In this document: positions 1 to 13,810 of the stretch, in pieces
Layout of the letters: each line of letters opens with the position of its first letter
How positions within the stretch are numbered: the first letter of the stretch is position 1
Assembly (NCBI RefSeq): GCF_001194135.2
Contig: NC_068981.1
Coordinates: 59,787,003 to 59,851,002 of the forward strand
Origin: Octopus bimaculoides
Lineage: Eukaryota
Length of the DNA stretch: 64,000 bases
Direction: 5' to 3'
The notes under the pieces: model-generated
The model's database searches: none
What the model was told of the DNA's origin: nothing
What the model saw: only the letters and a program-made list of their open reading frames with translations
Translations under genes and position numbers: made by a program

Positions 1-2658
1 TTAATGTCTTATTAAAGAGGAAAATGTTGTGTAATCATAATTATGACAAGCTAGTCGAAATTCTTCGTGGGCGTTTAAGCATTCATTTAATTTAATGGTG
101 TTCATTAAGCAGATAATACATTATTAAACTGACTTCAGAAATTTTGTAAAACACCATTTATACAGAGTGCAACTGAAGAAAGCTAACTTTAGCTGTTCTT
201 TGTCCGAACTGATTGGGTTTTACTACATATATGAAATGAGTATGGTTTGAGAGGGATAGCATGAATTATTTATTCACCTATCTCCCACTCGATCAGAGGT
301 TCAAACGGTAATTGAAGACTATTTAATAAATACATAGGCATCGCATGTAGCACTACTTACTTGCTTAAAAATATTCAAGAACTGTATATCAAAATTAGGG
401 AAATTTGTCTATACAAAATCTTTAGAATCTTGACTAAACTGTAATAATGTGGCATAGTATTGTAATTGATTACACAAAATTAAGTAAACAGAATATTCCA
501 CCCCAAGAATTTGCTTATGGGCAATAATACTGTCGATGAGTATAAAATGTTGGTGGTTGTGGGGCGTTGAATATAGTAAAAAACATCCTACTTACGAATC
601 TTTAAAAACATTGTCATTTTATCGCACATAAAACAACAACAAAAACTGAATTTAAAATGATAATAAATAATAATAAATGAATGAATCATAGCAACGAAAA
701 ACTATTTTTAAAGATATTTCCAGTAAGTCTACTAAAGAAGTTATATTTCTAAAGATTTTTTCGTTGTGTTTTTCTTCATTTCATATACTAAACTAAGGAA
801 GAACATTCTGTACGTCTGTGCACGTAAAAGAACATATGTTTTTAGTTTGTACACATGTTCCGAAAGATAAAAAAGATTATTAATCATATTGCTGTAATCT
901 TTCACGTTTAAGTTCTTTATTAAAAATGCGTTGATAAATATTTCTAAACGTCCATGTGCCATTTACTTAACCGAATTTACGATATGCTTTCGTGAATTTC
1001 TCGTGCTCCTAAATTTTAGTATATACATTGTAAAAGCATGCACTTACAAATAGCAGAACACATGCCTGATAAATTTAAAATTAGGTGCAAAAATTGCTAC
1101 AAAATGTATATTTAAATTTTGCTACCTACCGCCAATCAGCTACGTTCCAGATACATAGGAGAAGGTAATTTTTAATCAGTTTTATGGTTATTAAATGTTC
1201 CATTGCTTATTGCAACCAGATTTTCCCGCAAGCTTAGCGTCCCAAAAATTAAGAAATGTCTGTATTATGAATAAGTTAAAATAAATTCAAATGAAATTTA
1301 TAAAAAAGTTCCCAATGGTGATATAAGTGAACAGTTTCGGTTCGATTATCTGTAAATCGATTTTAGTTAGCATATTTCTGATGCATGTTATTCCTTGCTG
1401 TATAGGCATTCACGATGCTTCAGGATACTTGACCATTTGTATGCGACGTTAAAGGGAGCTTCAACATGTGAAACGTCATGCTTAGTAGGAAGATTCAATG
1501 GTTATATAATATATGAAAATAATACTACGTCTTTTCATTACTCAACTATACCCTTTTGTTCAATATTTTCCAAAGAAACCATAAGAATAACAATCGGCCT
1601 GCTACTTTAAACCAGCGAAGCTTAGCAATTTGGCTCTATTCTAATAGAGAAATTCCATCTAGGAGAGATAGTTAAAAGGCTTTGATATTGAGCTGAACTT
1701 CTATAATCTTAATGTTTGAATAAGTAATGAATTTCAGACAAATGACAGGCAAATAAATTATATGGAATTAACTTTCGTAAAAGATAAATTCGTTTCTAAT
1801 GAAGATTTATAACTCTGTCCAAATATAGCTGAAAACTAAAAGAAAACAATTTACAATATATTTCCTATTTTATTTTGTTTTCCACTTTATCAAATTCCTT
1901 AATCGCCGTTACATTTATTTGGCAAAATTTCAATAGTGATACTTTTAATTATGTCACCTTCAGCACACTGTTCTTTCTGTTAAACAATTAAGAATATTGG
2001 ACGTTATTAAAATTTTTGCTAAAATGCTTTCAAATATCTAAATTTAAGACATATGTTGGTAACATTGAATATCAAATTAATTTGTTTAATGACTTCGGTT
2101 TACGAAATTACAGTGCTTCTTTTTGGCAAAAGAAGGATCTATCACTTACATGAAATAGTCTTTACTAATGAATATAGAGTATGTATACAAATTCAATCTC
2201 ATCTAAAGAGTAACTATCAAATAGTCTTGTGTTTGTAAATAACTTACTTCGCCAATAATTTTTATACTACAAATAAACGTAATTGCTTTGTAATCTCCTG
2301 TACATGTTAGTGGAAGTAAAACTGAAAGAACCCAATTAATTTGAACATCACAATTTACATTTGTTCTTTACTTTATTAATCATTACAGCACCTGATTTGA
2401 CTTTTTATTATATTTTTATTTTCTCTCACTCTTTCCTCCTCCTACATCTAGCAGCTCGGGAATCTACACACCAAGGAAACCGAGAAAGCGGGAAACCGTT
2501 TTTTATGAGCCAGGCATGGCACGAGAAGGAACAAACAACATTATATATATATATAGGTGCGAATGGTTTTGTTATACGGCGCCGGATTTTACAATCCTGT
2601 AAATAATAATAATGGTATTCATATAAGCTGAAAGCTTATAGCGATCACCGTGCAATGA

Positions 2659-3720
2659 CTAAAAAATAGTCTAATACTGATATCCACGGATATAGATACT
2701 TCCAATAAACATGCCTCTTACTATAAAAGTGCATTAAAAGAAGCAGGATATAATACGAAAATTAAATTCTTTAATAATTACGGATCCAATAATAATACTA
2801 GTAATCATCCTAACGCTCGAACCAACTATAGAAGTAATAACAAAGATAATAATAAACGATATAAGGAAATAAATACAGATAATTATAGTATACGTATAAA
2901 TAAAAATAATAATAAAAATGATTATAGTAAGGATAATACCAAAACTAATTCGAATGCAAATAAACATAATTATTATATACCCACGAAAAATACACTGAAA
3001 ATGAACAAAAATAAGAAGAATTATAATAATAGTAATATTATTGATAATAATAATAAAGATAAGGAAATTATATGGTTAATTTTCCCTTATGAGGTCCAAA
3101 TCAAAACTAATTTTAAAAAGAACAAAACGTACTCGAAAATATTCTCAAACAAAACTATCAGAGTGGGCTATTCTAGAAAAAGAAATGTAATATTATATCC
3201 TCAATAAACAATGTCAAATTAAACAAATTCTATAATAACAATTTACCTAATATTAACAATGGCTACGGAAGAAATATAACAAACAAAAAACATAAGCGTA
3301 TTTTAAATAAATGCACATGTAAGGAAAAATCCAAATATAGGCTTAATAAAAATTGCAACCTATATAACGTAATATATAAATGTACAGTAACCTCTAATAA
3401 TAAGAAGAAGAAGAAGAAAAAAGAAGAAAGAATATATAGGATCCAGAGCGAACGAAATTAGAAGAAGAATTTTCCAGCATCATCAGTCCTTCAAAAATCC
3501 CAAGTTAATAAATTTGATAGGTCTAAGTAAATACATATGGAAGCTGATATCTAATAAAATAGAATACACCCTTAATTGGAATATCATTAGTAGTCATATT
3601 GAATACGTAATAAAATGTACTTATTATGCACAACAGAGTTTATGAAAATACTCCAGTCGAGAGAGGTATTACTGTACAGTATTGAAGAGAGAGGGAAAAA
3701 TACCGACATAAGAATAACTT
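2659..3720 (+). mobile_element. Penelope-like element relic 1 (RT C-terminal region, linker, GIY-YIG endonuclease), with frameshifts and stops
   Basis: Frame 2659-3207 is open and reads ...HASYYKSALKEAGYNTKIKF-(Asn-rich)-KEIIWLIFPYEVQIKTNF, which resembles the PLE motif IIWFNPPY..N.KTN. 3300-3700 gives CTCKEK...NCNLYNVIYKCTV...EYIGS...RRRIFQHHQSFKNP...LSKYIWKL...YTLNWNII, a GIY-YIG domain. Confidence 0.85.
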
Positions 3721-4581
3721 TACGTATAATAAAATGAAAACTGTATGAAATCATAACCCTACCCACCTAATATGTAATCTCTTAAACAATTATGAGGAAG
3801 ATAGTTGAATGTAGTTATAATAGAATTTTATAGTAGTATTAGATACGGATATACCAGGTACCAAGAATATATTAAAGAATATTACCTTAAAAGGAATAGA
3901 CAGGTCACATGTAATCTAACATAAATCTCTAAATCTTAAAATCTATAAAAAAAATCTAGTTACAGCTAGATTTAGGACTATCTAGTTATTATCTACCCTT
4001 GAATTCAACCTCTCTAATATTATTAGTTTTAGAGAATTTTTCAGAGTATATTAATGTGTTTATGTTATTCCCTTAATAGTTAGCGCATGACAGAAGAAGC
4101 AGCCATTTGCACGGGAACGAGAAGGAGTAAACATTATGTTGATAAGTATTCTTCCTTTGTTAATTTTGTTTACAAGATTCTTTTACTAGTTTTATTCAAT
4201 ACATTTATAACGTATATAGAGGTTTTTCCTAAATAATCTTTTTGAATACTATTAACTTACGTTTGGCATAAAAATGATAATTCATACTTGTATAGATAGG
4301 GGTAAATCTTACACTAAATTATTAATTACCGTAATATTTATATAGATAGGTTATAGGATTTGATGTGTTTATAATATAGTCGTTGAGGGTTTCCTTAGGT
4401 TTAGCATTTTCTATATATATATATCGGTATTGTAATTTTTAGCTGTTTAATTTTTAAAATATTTTAAATTTTAAAATTTTCAAAAATATATTTGTAACTT
4501 ATATATTTTTATTATATTTTTATTCATATTCTTATTTTTCTATTTAATATGACTTATAATATGTAGATTTAACTTTGATCT

Positions 4582-4583
<2 letters not shown>

Positions 4584-4646
<63 letters not shown>
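4584..4646. repeat. (AAT)n microsatellite
   Basis: Direct reading. Confidence 0.98.
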
Positions 4647-4650
4647 GATA

Positions 4651-4738
4651 AATAACCTGATGACGTACTAGGTGATTTATGTATTACGTATAAACTTGAT
4701 AAACACCCAACCAGCGCAGAAACACATGTAGCGTTGAT
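4651..4738 (+). ncRNA. Degenerate type I hammerhead-ribozyme-like motif, possibly in the PLE pseudo-LTR
   Basis: CTGATGA at 4657-4663, GAAAC at 4719-4723, then palindromic ACATGT-A. Stems I and II are imperfect. Lies about 0.9 kb downstream of PLE relic 1. Confidence 0.3.
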
Positions 4739-5486
4739 TAAAAATATCTTCTTTCCCCACAGACTAATAACAGGTAAGTTATATATATTTTTTCAGATAT
4801 TTAAAAAAATAATTTTATTGTATTTAATAGTCGGTTTTTTTAAATGCTTATATTATTTTATTGTGTATTTCAAACAATAAGGTTATCCTGAAATAGGAGT
4901 TGCGGTTCTATTGGTAAAATCCCAAGTTTGTAATAATATTAGAAATGATACTGTTTACATTGCATTAGTAAAGTGCAAAATAGTAAATGTGCTGATAACC
5001 NNNNNNNNNNNNNNNNNNNNNNNNNNNNNNNNNNNNNNNNNNNNNNNNNNNNNNNNNNNNNNNNNNNNNNNNNNNNNNNNNNNNNNNNNNNNNNNNNNNN
5101 NNNNNNNNNNNNNNNNNNNNNNNNNNNNNNNNNNNNNNNNNNNNNNNNNNNNNNNNNNNNNNNNNNNNNNNNNNNNNNNNNNNNNNNNNNNNNNNNNNNN
5201 NNNNNNNNNNNNNNNNNNNNNNNNNNNNNNNNNNNNNNNNNNNNNNNNNNNNNNNNNNNNNNNNNNNNNTATATGTATATACATATGTATGATGTGTGTA
5301 TGCGTATATGTAAATACGTATGCACACACACTCACTACAACGCATACTCTCGCACACATAATCTTGTGTTTAGAAACGTAAATATATCCATATACGCAAT
5401 TATATATGAGTGTGTGCTCAATTGTGATCATATATGCCTATGAATCTGTATCTTTCACTCTTTCTTCCTTTCTTTCCTTCCGTCTT

Positions 5487-5532
5487 TGCTTGTTTGTTTG
5501 TTTGTTTGTTTCTCTCTCTCTCTCTCTCTCGG

Positions 5533-5603
<71 letters not shown>

Positions 5604-5618
5604 CTGTCTCTCTCTCTG

Positions 5619-5656
<38 letters not shown>

Positions 5657-5682
5657 TGTATGTATGTATGTATGTATGTATA
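5487..5682. repeat. Compound microsatellite (TTTG)(CT)(TCTA)(CA)(TATG)
   Basis: Direct reading. Confidence 0.97.
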
Positions 5683-6066
5683 CACGACGAAATAAATCCA
5701 CACCTGAATTGTCTCCGTTCAGTGCAGATTAAACATACCTGGAAATACACACAGGTAGTTCATATCGACAACCAATATTTATATTCTAATTTTGCATTAT
5801 TTTTGCGTGTTAATATGTGCGAATGCATGCGCTCCAAGTTTAGAACATGTATGCGCATACAAAAATTGCTTTAGTTTGTGTGGGTTTTATGTCTGTATAG
5901 ATATTTTCATTCAGTTATGTTCGAATATAACCGGTAAAAATAATGCATATAATACACAAGTAGCATCATATTCTAATGCATGTTTATGCAGGTATACCCG
6001 GTTGTGGATGTGTATCCACCCGTTTATGGACACACACACACACACATACACACACAAGTACGTACG

Positions 6067-6124
<58 letters not shown>

Positions 6125-6199
6125 ATATACACAAGTATATATATGTCTGCTTTTAGGATGCCGATAAACGCAAAATCAACTCTCTGGTCAGCCACATGT

Positions 6200-6490
6200 G
6201 GTGCCTAAAAGAAGGAGGATCCCCATTCATAATTAAATGAAAGCTCCTTGAACAATCAGGAGCTTATGTTAACGGGAGTAAATGATGTAAGTCTGCTTGG
6301 CAGAGAGGATAAGATTCCTAAAAAATCTTGCTTGGCCCAGGGAACTTTTTAAATTCCAAGAAGGAGTATTCAGTTAATGTCGTCATCTATAACGTTTCTG
6401 CTTCAGATCCAGAATTCCACATTCGTTGAGGAGTCCCACTATAGCTTCTTCGATTATCACTACGGTGGAGCATCTCACCCTGCTGCACAC
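6200..6490 (-). mobile_element. Ancient LINE RT fragment
   Basis: Minus strand gives VQQG-like and RY.DD-I-like motifs across frameshifts. Confidence 0.3.
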
Positions 6491-7361
6491 AATATTTCTT
6501 TTGTTTACAAAACCAACTGAACGTTATGTTTTTCTTCCTCAAGGTGTAGAGAAGTTATGAGCTTTCAGCCATTTCAGTCTGATAAGTCACATTTACTGCT
6601 AAGTGCTTTATAGGCGCGGTCGCTCTATGACCGCTATTACACTTAATTTTCATATATATATATCATACATACTATATATATATATATGTGTGTGTGTGTG
6701 CGTGTGTGTGTGTGTTTGTGTGTATATGTATGTATATATACATACATATATATAAGACACACTTGTACATACACATGCAAGCGCATGCAGATACACATAT
6801 TGAAATAACTTTAAATATTACAAAGACTCAGTGTAGGTGAACTAAGAATATAAACACATTGTCTTTATGCCCATGATATGCATAAACAAGGAGATAGTTT
6901 CACTGTTCACCACTTGTGAAGAAAGACATACAGAATTTCTTCCTCAATCCATACAATAGATTAACTGTTACAAAAAGCAGTCATCAATTCGATTTGCGCA
7001 GTTGTCGCCAGCCCGTTTAATTAAATAACTATTCTACGCACAATAAAGCACAAATTAGAAAGAAAGATATTTAAATGTCAATTTGACTAACGTTTAAATG
7101 CCATACTTTTAACCGTTGAAAGCGCTGATACGTAAATTAGGTATTCCATTGTTTTGGATAGACAAATTTGAGACTACCATAATTTATGACCACTTTATGT
7201 AGAAGCTGATCTTGGCAACTGATTTGCCAGTAATCTCTCTACATCTCTATATATAAATAGTATAGAAAAAAGTGCTTACATTCATATTTCCCCCACAGTG
7301 AGGGTCTGTAATATTTAAATTTATTTCCGTTCTTCTAATTGTTACTATTTTGTAATGTCTG

Positions 7362-7363
7362 TA

Positions 7364-7426
<63 letters not shown>

Positions 7427-7427
7427 T
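7362..7427. repeat. (TCTA)n microsatellite
   Basis: Direct reading. Confidence 0.97.
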
Positions 7428-8054
7428 TACCTATCTCGTTATATATATATACATATACTATGCACCACGTTCTAGTGTTAAAATCCATTATTTTGTATCT
7501 ATCTTTCTTTTATCTAAACTTACTCTTGTTACACACTGCGCCTATTATCTCCACTACGGCGTATTACTTCACAATTTTAGCATCTGTTGAATTTTAACAG
7601 TAACTCACGCCCTATGTACTTATGTGCATATAATGCATGGATGTATATGCATATATACAAGCGTATGATAACCACATACATACACGTATACACACACGTA
7701 CAGATACTCGCATACTCACACATGCACGCTAATTTATGAGAGTCTGCATGTATATATGTAGGTATATATATAGTAGTTGTATTCTGCCAACTTAACGTGA
7801 TAGTCCCAATAAGGGAATATACTACTGCTATTTAGCCCTAGGAAGTGGAGGAGTTTGTCTCCCCCTCGGAAACATAAGGACACAGGAAACGTGTCAAGGC
7901 CGACATGAAGCTAAACAAGGGTATCAACAAATGAAAGAGAGGGAAGAGAGCATCACCTGTCAAGCAATTCAGAACAGATAGAGGTAAGCTTGCCAAAGTC
8001 TAATGCAGTTTAATTATGGAGATTAAGATTGTTTGCTATTGGATATTCATCGCG

Positions 8055-8420
8055 TACAGTGTTCCTAGTCAATTTAATCACCGTCGCAGGTGGACAGTAA
8101 AAATAAATAAATAGACAAAATCCTTTCACTTTTAAAATATTCTTTAATCAAGTAATAATACACACAACATATGAATAAATAATAAATAAACGTGAAAACC
8201 AATAAAAAAAATATTCTCTAATGCCAATATTCTCTTCTGTCAATATACGACCACATAGATTTAGAAAATATGAAAGACCTTACATACAAAAGACTATGTA
8301 TACACAACGAATTAGAGAAAAATTCGCGTAAACCAAAGTTTTCCCGGTTTGTCAATTTACGCGGAAGCTCTGGGCAAAATATTATAGTGCATAACCATTC
8401 TTGAGACATGAGTAATGTGT
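8055..8420 (-). mobile_element. Possible Tc1/mariner-superfamily 3' remnant
   Basis: TA-CAGTG terminus at about 8055 and a weak SQEWL...CKVF similarity to transposase C-termini. Confidence 0.2.
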
Positions 8421-8958
8421 GTGTAAAGGTTGGTGAAAATCAGTTGAGAATTGTGGAAATGTCTGCGTTAGTCAATACACGCACGCATACTCTGATTTAT
8501 ATATACGAGATAATTTTGATTGCAATAAATTCACAGAGGATTGTGTACATAAAAGTAAAGCATGCCACTAGTTAGAAAGTTAGAATCACGCAGAGTAGAC
8601 AGGGAAATAATCAATTACTCATGCACAGAAAGTACCAAAGAATAAAGTCGTTAGGCAATTTCAATTGTATTCCAAAGTCTCCAACTAAAAAGTAGAATCT
8701 TAAGTGTGGTGTGAAAAGATAATAAAAACAGACGAATTTGTTTTGAAGAGTTACTACAATTGCTTAAAAGGTTTTCTTTTGTCTTAAGCATAATGCAAAT
8801 TATCTAGATTACATTACATTATGTAATTCCCAAAATTTTCACGCAACCATTTAAACACGTGAACAACAACTTGTTGTTTAATCCACAGTACTATCAGCAA
8901 GTGAAATTTCTAACGAGAATACTGATATTTGAGAAGTTTAAACTGCGCGCGCGCCCGT

Positions 8959-8993
<35 letters not shown>

Positions 8994-9179
8994 TACGTGT
9001 GTGTGTGTCTACGCGCGCGTGTGTGTCTGTGTGTGTGTGGGCGTGAGCGTATCGCAGAGTTGTCAGTCAAGAAGAGTAGGTAATGGGAAGAGATAGTTAA
9101 TATATTGACAGTTATGGACATAAGTATAGACTTATTAAATGTTATGTAGATAACACACACACATACCTGCATATATATA

Positions 9180-9224
<45 letters not shown>

Positions 9225-9229
<5 letters not shown>

Positions 9230-9300
9230 GTGGTGCACCAGCATGACCGCAGCCACTTGGCTGAAACACATAAATAAATAAATAAATAAATAAATAAATA
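9225..9300 (+). mobile_element. 3' tail of a tRNA-derived SINE ending in (AAAT)n
   Basis: ggtggtgcaccagcatgaccgcag...gctgaaaca matches the 3' ends of the copies at about 49490 and 53100. Confidence 0.7.
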
Positions 9301-9988
9301 TATATATATATATATATATATATCAAAACAGAAGACTGAAAATAATTCTGGCATTATTTATTCTCCGCTGCGTATGTTTCATTACCTAATGGTAGTTACA
9401 CAGGTACACATATAGAAAAATTATCAGACACCTTAATAATTCTTCAGACCGAGAAGTATTCTCCTGTATTTTGTTTCCCATTCGTTCTATATATTTATAA
9501 TTGTGTAAGTATCTATTTTCATGGTAGATATTACGACATCGTTTTGCAGAATACTTGATATAGTTGCGACTATGTCTAACTTGTTGAGGATTTTGAATGC
9601 TTATGAAATATAAAGTACTGTTGAAATATACGATTTTCTGTCGAGTTTTGAAATTATTTGAACAACGTGATTTTTATCTCTTGGAACTATTGTCCGTTCT
9701 TGAGTATAGCTCACAAATATCTCCTGATTTTATATTCCAGCGTCAGAAAAAGAAAATATAACTATTAACTTAATGTGTTTGCATAACAAGCAATAGAAAA
9801 GTGAAGTTCTCATAGGTCGAGGAGTAAAAAATATATTTTTAGAATTTTGATCCGTGAATGCATTACTTGAAGTGTGACAGCATAAAAAAACCACCGGCAT
9901 TTTAATTTTGAATGATAAGGCGATTGTATCTTCTAACCAACGTTAATATTCACTGGATTGAGAAGAGAATTGATTTCCGTTAGCTCGT

Positions 9989-10233
9989 TGTAACCACACA
10001 GTGGAGTTAGCATGAGATTGGTTGACAACTACAGTTCAATGAAAGGTAAGAACAGTCGTCCTTGCTTTCTGTTGTGTCGACGCCCCAGGCGAAGAAGCAG
10101 GATCTCCCAAGATATATAAATAGAGGTAGTCTGGCCGTGGTAGGTGTATTGAGTAGCAGTCGTGTAGCAGTTGTGTAGCGGTTGAATAGAGATCATCCGA
10201 AGGTGCTAGATAGCAGTAGTTTGAGACATAACA
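9989..10233. repeat. Solo-LTR-like 245-bp unit
   Basis: Begins TGTAAC, ends ATAACA, is richer in GC than its flanks and contains TATATAAATAG at about 10113. No target-site duplication found (ctcgt versus ctttc). Confidence 0.25.
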
Positions 10234-12027
10234 CTTTCCTCACAATTTCCCGCGAACTTTATAATTTCAGAAACGTTTAAGAGTTGTTTTAACATCTAAT
10301 GGATTAGAAATAACTAACATGAAAATAACGGCAGTAAAATAGTCATTCACTTTTCTCCTTAAGTTACTAGCAGTTGTCAGACACAAGCGTGTTCCAGATT
10401 ATGCTGGACAGAGAATTGCTCTGGTCACGGAGCCACCAGGCAGAACAGGAAAGAGAAGTAGAATTTTCATTGTTCTCGTATTTGAAGAGGTTTATTATAC
10501 TGATTGAACCATCCTTTGGAGTCGTAAGCAGTAAGCGCTTTGAAGTCCCGCTCGATACTATCATATGCAGTATGATTGCTCTACCGTCCGTGGCAATAGA
10601 ATGCCACGATACGGTCCGTTCTCAGATGCATTAAAGTGTCAAATAGAATGACTTGAATTATTCGTTCTATACCCGAATGCAAGACATTCATTCATATGAA
10701 GTAAAGAAAAGATTGTTGTGCGCCATGTTTGGGATGTTGTATGTTTCAATAGAAAGCAACAACTGATAACCAACAATAGCAATACATTTGATCACAAGTT
10801 TCTTCCTCAGGACATGATAAATATCTTCATAATATAAATTCCAACAGACAGCACACATTTAGAGAAAGGGAAGACAGCACACACCTTGAGAGAGATTATC
10901 AAACAATATATTGCTTAAACGTCTTATTTGATCCGGTTGTAATACAAAGGCCGCTTAAAAATCTGTAACATTTGAATAGTTGCCTTGATGACGAGGACGG
11001 TAGTGATGAGGATGACGACGTGGCTATTGCTGTTGCTGTCTCGCTACAACCACTACTGCTCTAAAAATGATGTTGGTGGTGGTGGTAGTGGTAGTGATGA
11101 TGATGGCGATTATCGTCATTAAGATCTTATAATAACATTTGATTGTATTCTTTTGTATTCTTAAAGAGAAAGCGATTTAGATGAACATTAATTTAAACTA
11201 ATTTATTTATGTCTGCCTTATTGTTAGCCTGATGACTTATGCGTTATCATGTAACAGCAAGAGTAATATGTACCAATATCTTGGAAAATATCTTCTGTTA
11301 ATTTAAATATTTAATGAAGAATGCATATTAAATGATACCAATGTAATTAGTTAAGACACGAGCATTGTTACGGAATAAGAATAATTGATGATGTGGGTAA
11401 ATGGATAAGGTGATTGATTATTAATTTCTTGCGTTTCACAGTGCTAAGTTTGCAAACACTTGCTTTCGCGTTCATTCCCACATTGTGAAAGCTTTTGTAT
11501 CTGCAGAAATTGTAGCTCTGGTTGGTCAACGCGTTGAGAGTGAAATTTGCAGGATGAACACTACATGAAAGCCCAGTTGCAGTATATTTAGTTTCTACAG
11601 TGGGAATGTCGCCTATATATTAGTTTGTCTATGGTGCATGAATGCATGTATGTATTCATGGATGCTTTAATATATGTATCTATTACGTATGTACGCATGT
11701 GCATATGTATATATGTATGTATGAAAATGTACATGTATGTATGCATGTATTAATGACCTATCTCAGTAATAAACTGCATATTCAGTAACGATCTGTAGGT
11801 TTACGTATCTGTTGTCAGTAACGATATGGCGACTTAATGAAATTCGAACCACTAGAAACAGCTTTAATGACTATGCAATCTATGTTTTCCTGTTATCACA
11901 TTAACTCCCTTTCACATATATTTTTGGCTCTCCGCCACCCGACAAAATTACAACATAGAGTTATTGTCTGATATGCAAACTGATGTATTACTTAAAATTA
12001 CAACTTTGCTTAACTCGCCATATGTAA

Positions 12028-12130
12028 GTGACGTCACGGGATATCTGACTCGGAACAGCTGTCTCTTCTACCACGTGGAAGCATATATGAAGTTCTCTGG
12101 AATCACCCTCTTTTCGAACTAATCACGTGA
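12028..12130. promoter_or_regulatory. Candidate cis-regulatory module (CRE plus three E-boxes)
   Basis: GTGACGTCAC at 12028-12037, CAGCTG at 12056-12061, CCACGTGG at 12071-12078 and TCACGTGA at 12123-12130. Confidence 0.35.
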
Positions 12131-12819
12131 GCTGAACTAAGCAGTGCGACTCACTTTCACTCTGAACATTTGAGGATATAAGCGCACATCAACGCCCACG
12201 AAACTCAGAATTCTTTAAATCGGAGTCAACTGTTGTATATATTTGCATCTGCGTGTATGAATCTGCGTATGTACGCTTGTGTAATTATATAATTCTACAT
12301 AACCGCAATAAATGATGCGTCGCTTTCTTTTCTATTTGCGACAACAGATAAATTAGCCACTTCATAATGGTTGCTATAAGACGAGCACTAAACTGGAATT
12401 GACTTAGTGTTTCAGAACAACGCCTAATGAATAAACTAGGAACAGATTAAAAGACTAGTTGCATATTGTTCATACTACACTTTAAATCACCCAGTTTGTT
12501 TAAAGCAACAATAGAAAACGATAAACTATAAAGATCATATCTTTCTGTAGTTTAATTCTTCATACTGATGTTTCAAGTATTTTTCCAAACCTATGTATAT
12601 ATTAAGGATTGAAAAGACAAAGTCTTAATAACCAGTGAAAGCATTTCACATGCTAAACAGAAATGAACTGCTGAGAAAATTGGAAACGTCAGAATGTCCA
12701 CCTAAATTTGTTGGTTCGTTGTTCAACTACACACTGGTATGAAGGCCTACTTCAAACGCAATTCTTTACTTTGGAAACCGATTCTAGGGGTAGTATACAT
12801 ACATATGCATTTATTTATT

Positions 12820-12850
<31 letters not shown>

Positions 12851-13442
12851 NNNNNNNNNNNNNNNNNNNNNNNNNNNNNNNNNNNNNNNNNNNNNNNNNN
12901 NNNNNNNNNNNNNNNNNNNNNNNNNNNNNNNNNNNNNNNNNNNNNNNNNNNNNNNNNNNNNNNNNNNNNNNNNNNNNNNNNNNNNNNNNNNNNNNNNNNN
13001 NNNNNNNNNNNNNNNNNNNNNNNNNNNNNNNNNNNNNNNNNNNNNNNNNNNNNNNNNNNNNNNNNNNNNNNNNNNNNNNNTATATATATATATATATATA
13101 TATATTGATCTTCATGGTGAGTTGCACAAGTCTAAATGACTTCCTCCAGAAGTTTGTAACATTGCCAGTGATATATTTCTGAACCAAGAAACCAACTCAC
13201 CTGCTGGATGTGACTTCACCCTTGTAGTATAATTTGTAGCCGTTATTACTGAGAATGATGCATCCTTCTCCCTAGTTTCTCATATTTGTATTTCCGATTA
13301 AATGAAAGTTGATCTTTGACAACTCTTCCTCTAGACCGGAGATATGAGGAAATGATTATTTAATTGTACGTGTCAGTTTTCATATTCCGGTAGCAGCCTG
13401 TCAAGACACAATGATCCTCAGCACCTTCTCTTCCTTAGGTGG

Positions 13443-13810
13443 TATAGAAAACGCAGATAGTAAACAACGGAAAATAAAAAAAAGGGAAGACGAAACTAAA
13501 GTGTCAAAAGGTAAAAAGCGCTATCCTCCTTAGGCTTTAAATGATAAGGCTGGAAAGATATCAAGTCAGTCAGGAATAGGTGGAATATTCCAATTCTTCA
13601 GAATATATTTATACATATGCATGCAACCATTGAAAATTTCTGACCTGGAGTTCAATAGAGGGTTATGGATCTTAGATCTGAACAGGATGTGCGCTCTTCC
13701 AGCCAAACAAAGTCTTCACTTATTCGATACATTCGCATAAGGTATGGATTTACTTTCCATTTAATCAAATGCGGTGTTTCATTATCTTTCAAAATTCATA
13801 ACAAAACCTT
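13443..13810 (-). mobile_element. Inverted copy of the 3' end of PLE relic 2 (left arm)
   Basis: Its reverse complement aligns with 14365-14745 at roughly 75-90% identity by eye. Confidence 0.9.

Noticed and set aside
1395-1610. 71-aa ORF with TCETSCLVG
   Set aside because: Incomplete Cys pattern and no supporting neighbours. Another frame weakly resembles the RT motif FID.K.AFD.
10367-10634. Overlapping short ORFs on both strands in GC-richer DNA
   Set aside because: No recognisable motif or convincing splice pair, so left unassigned.
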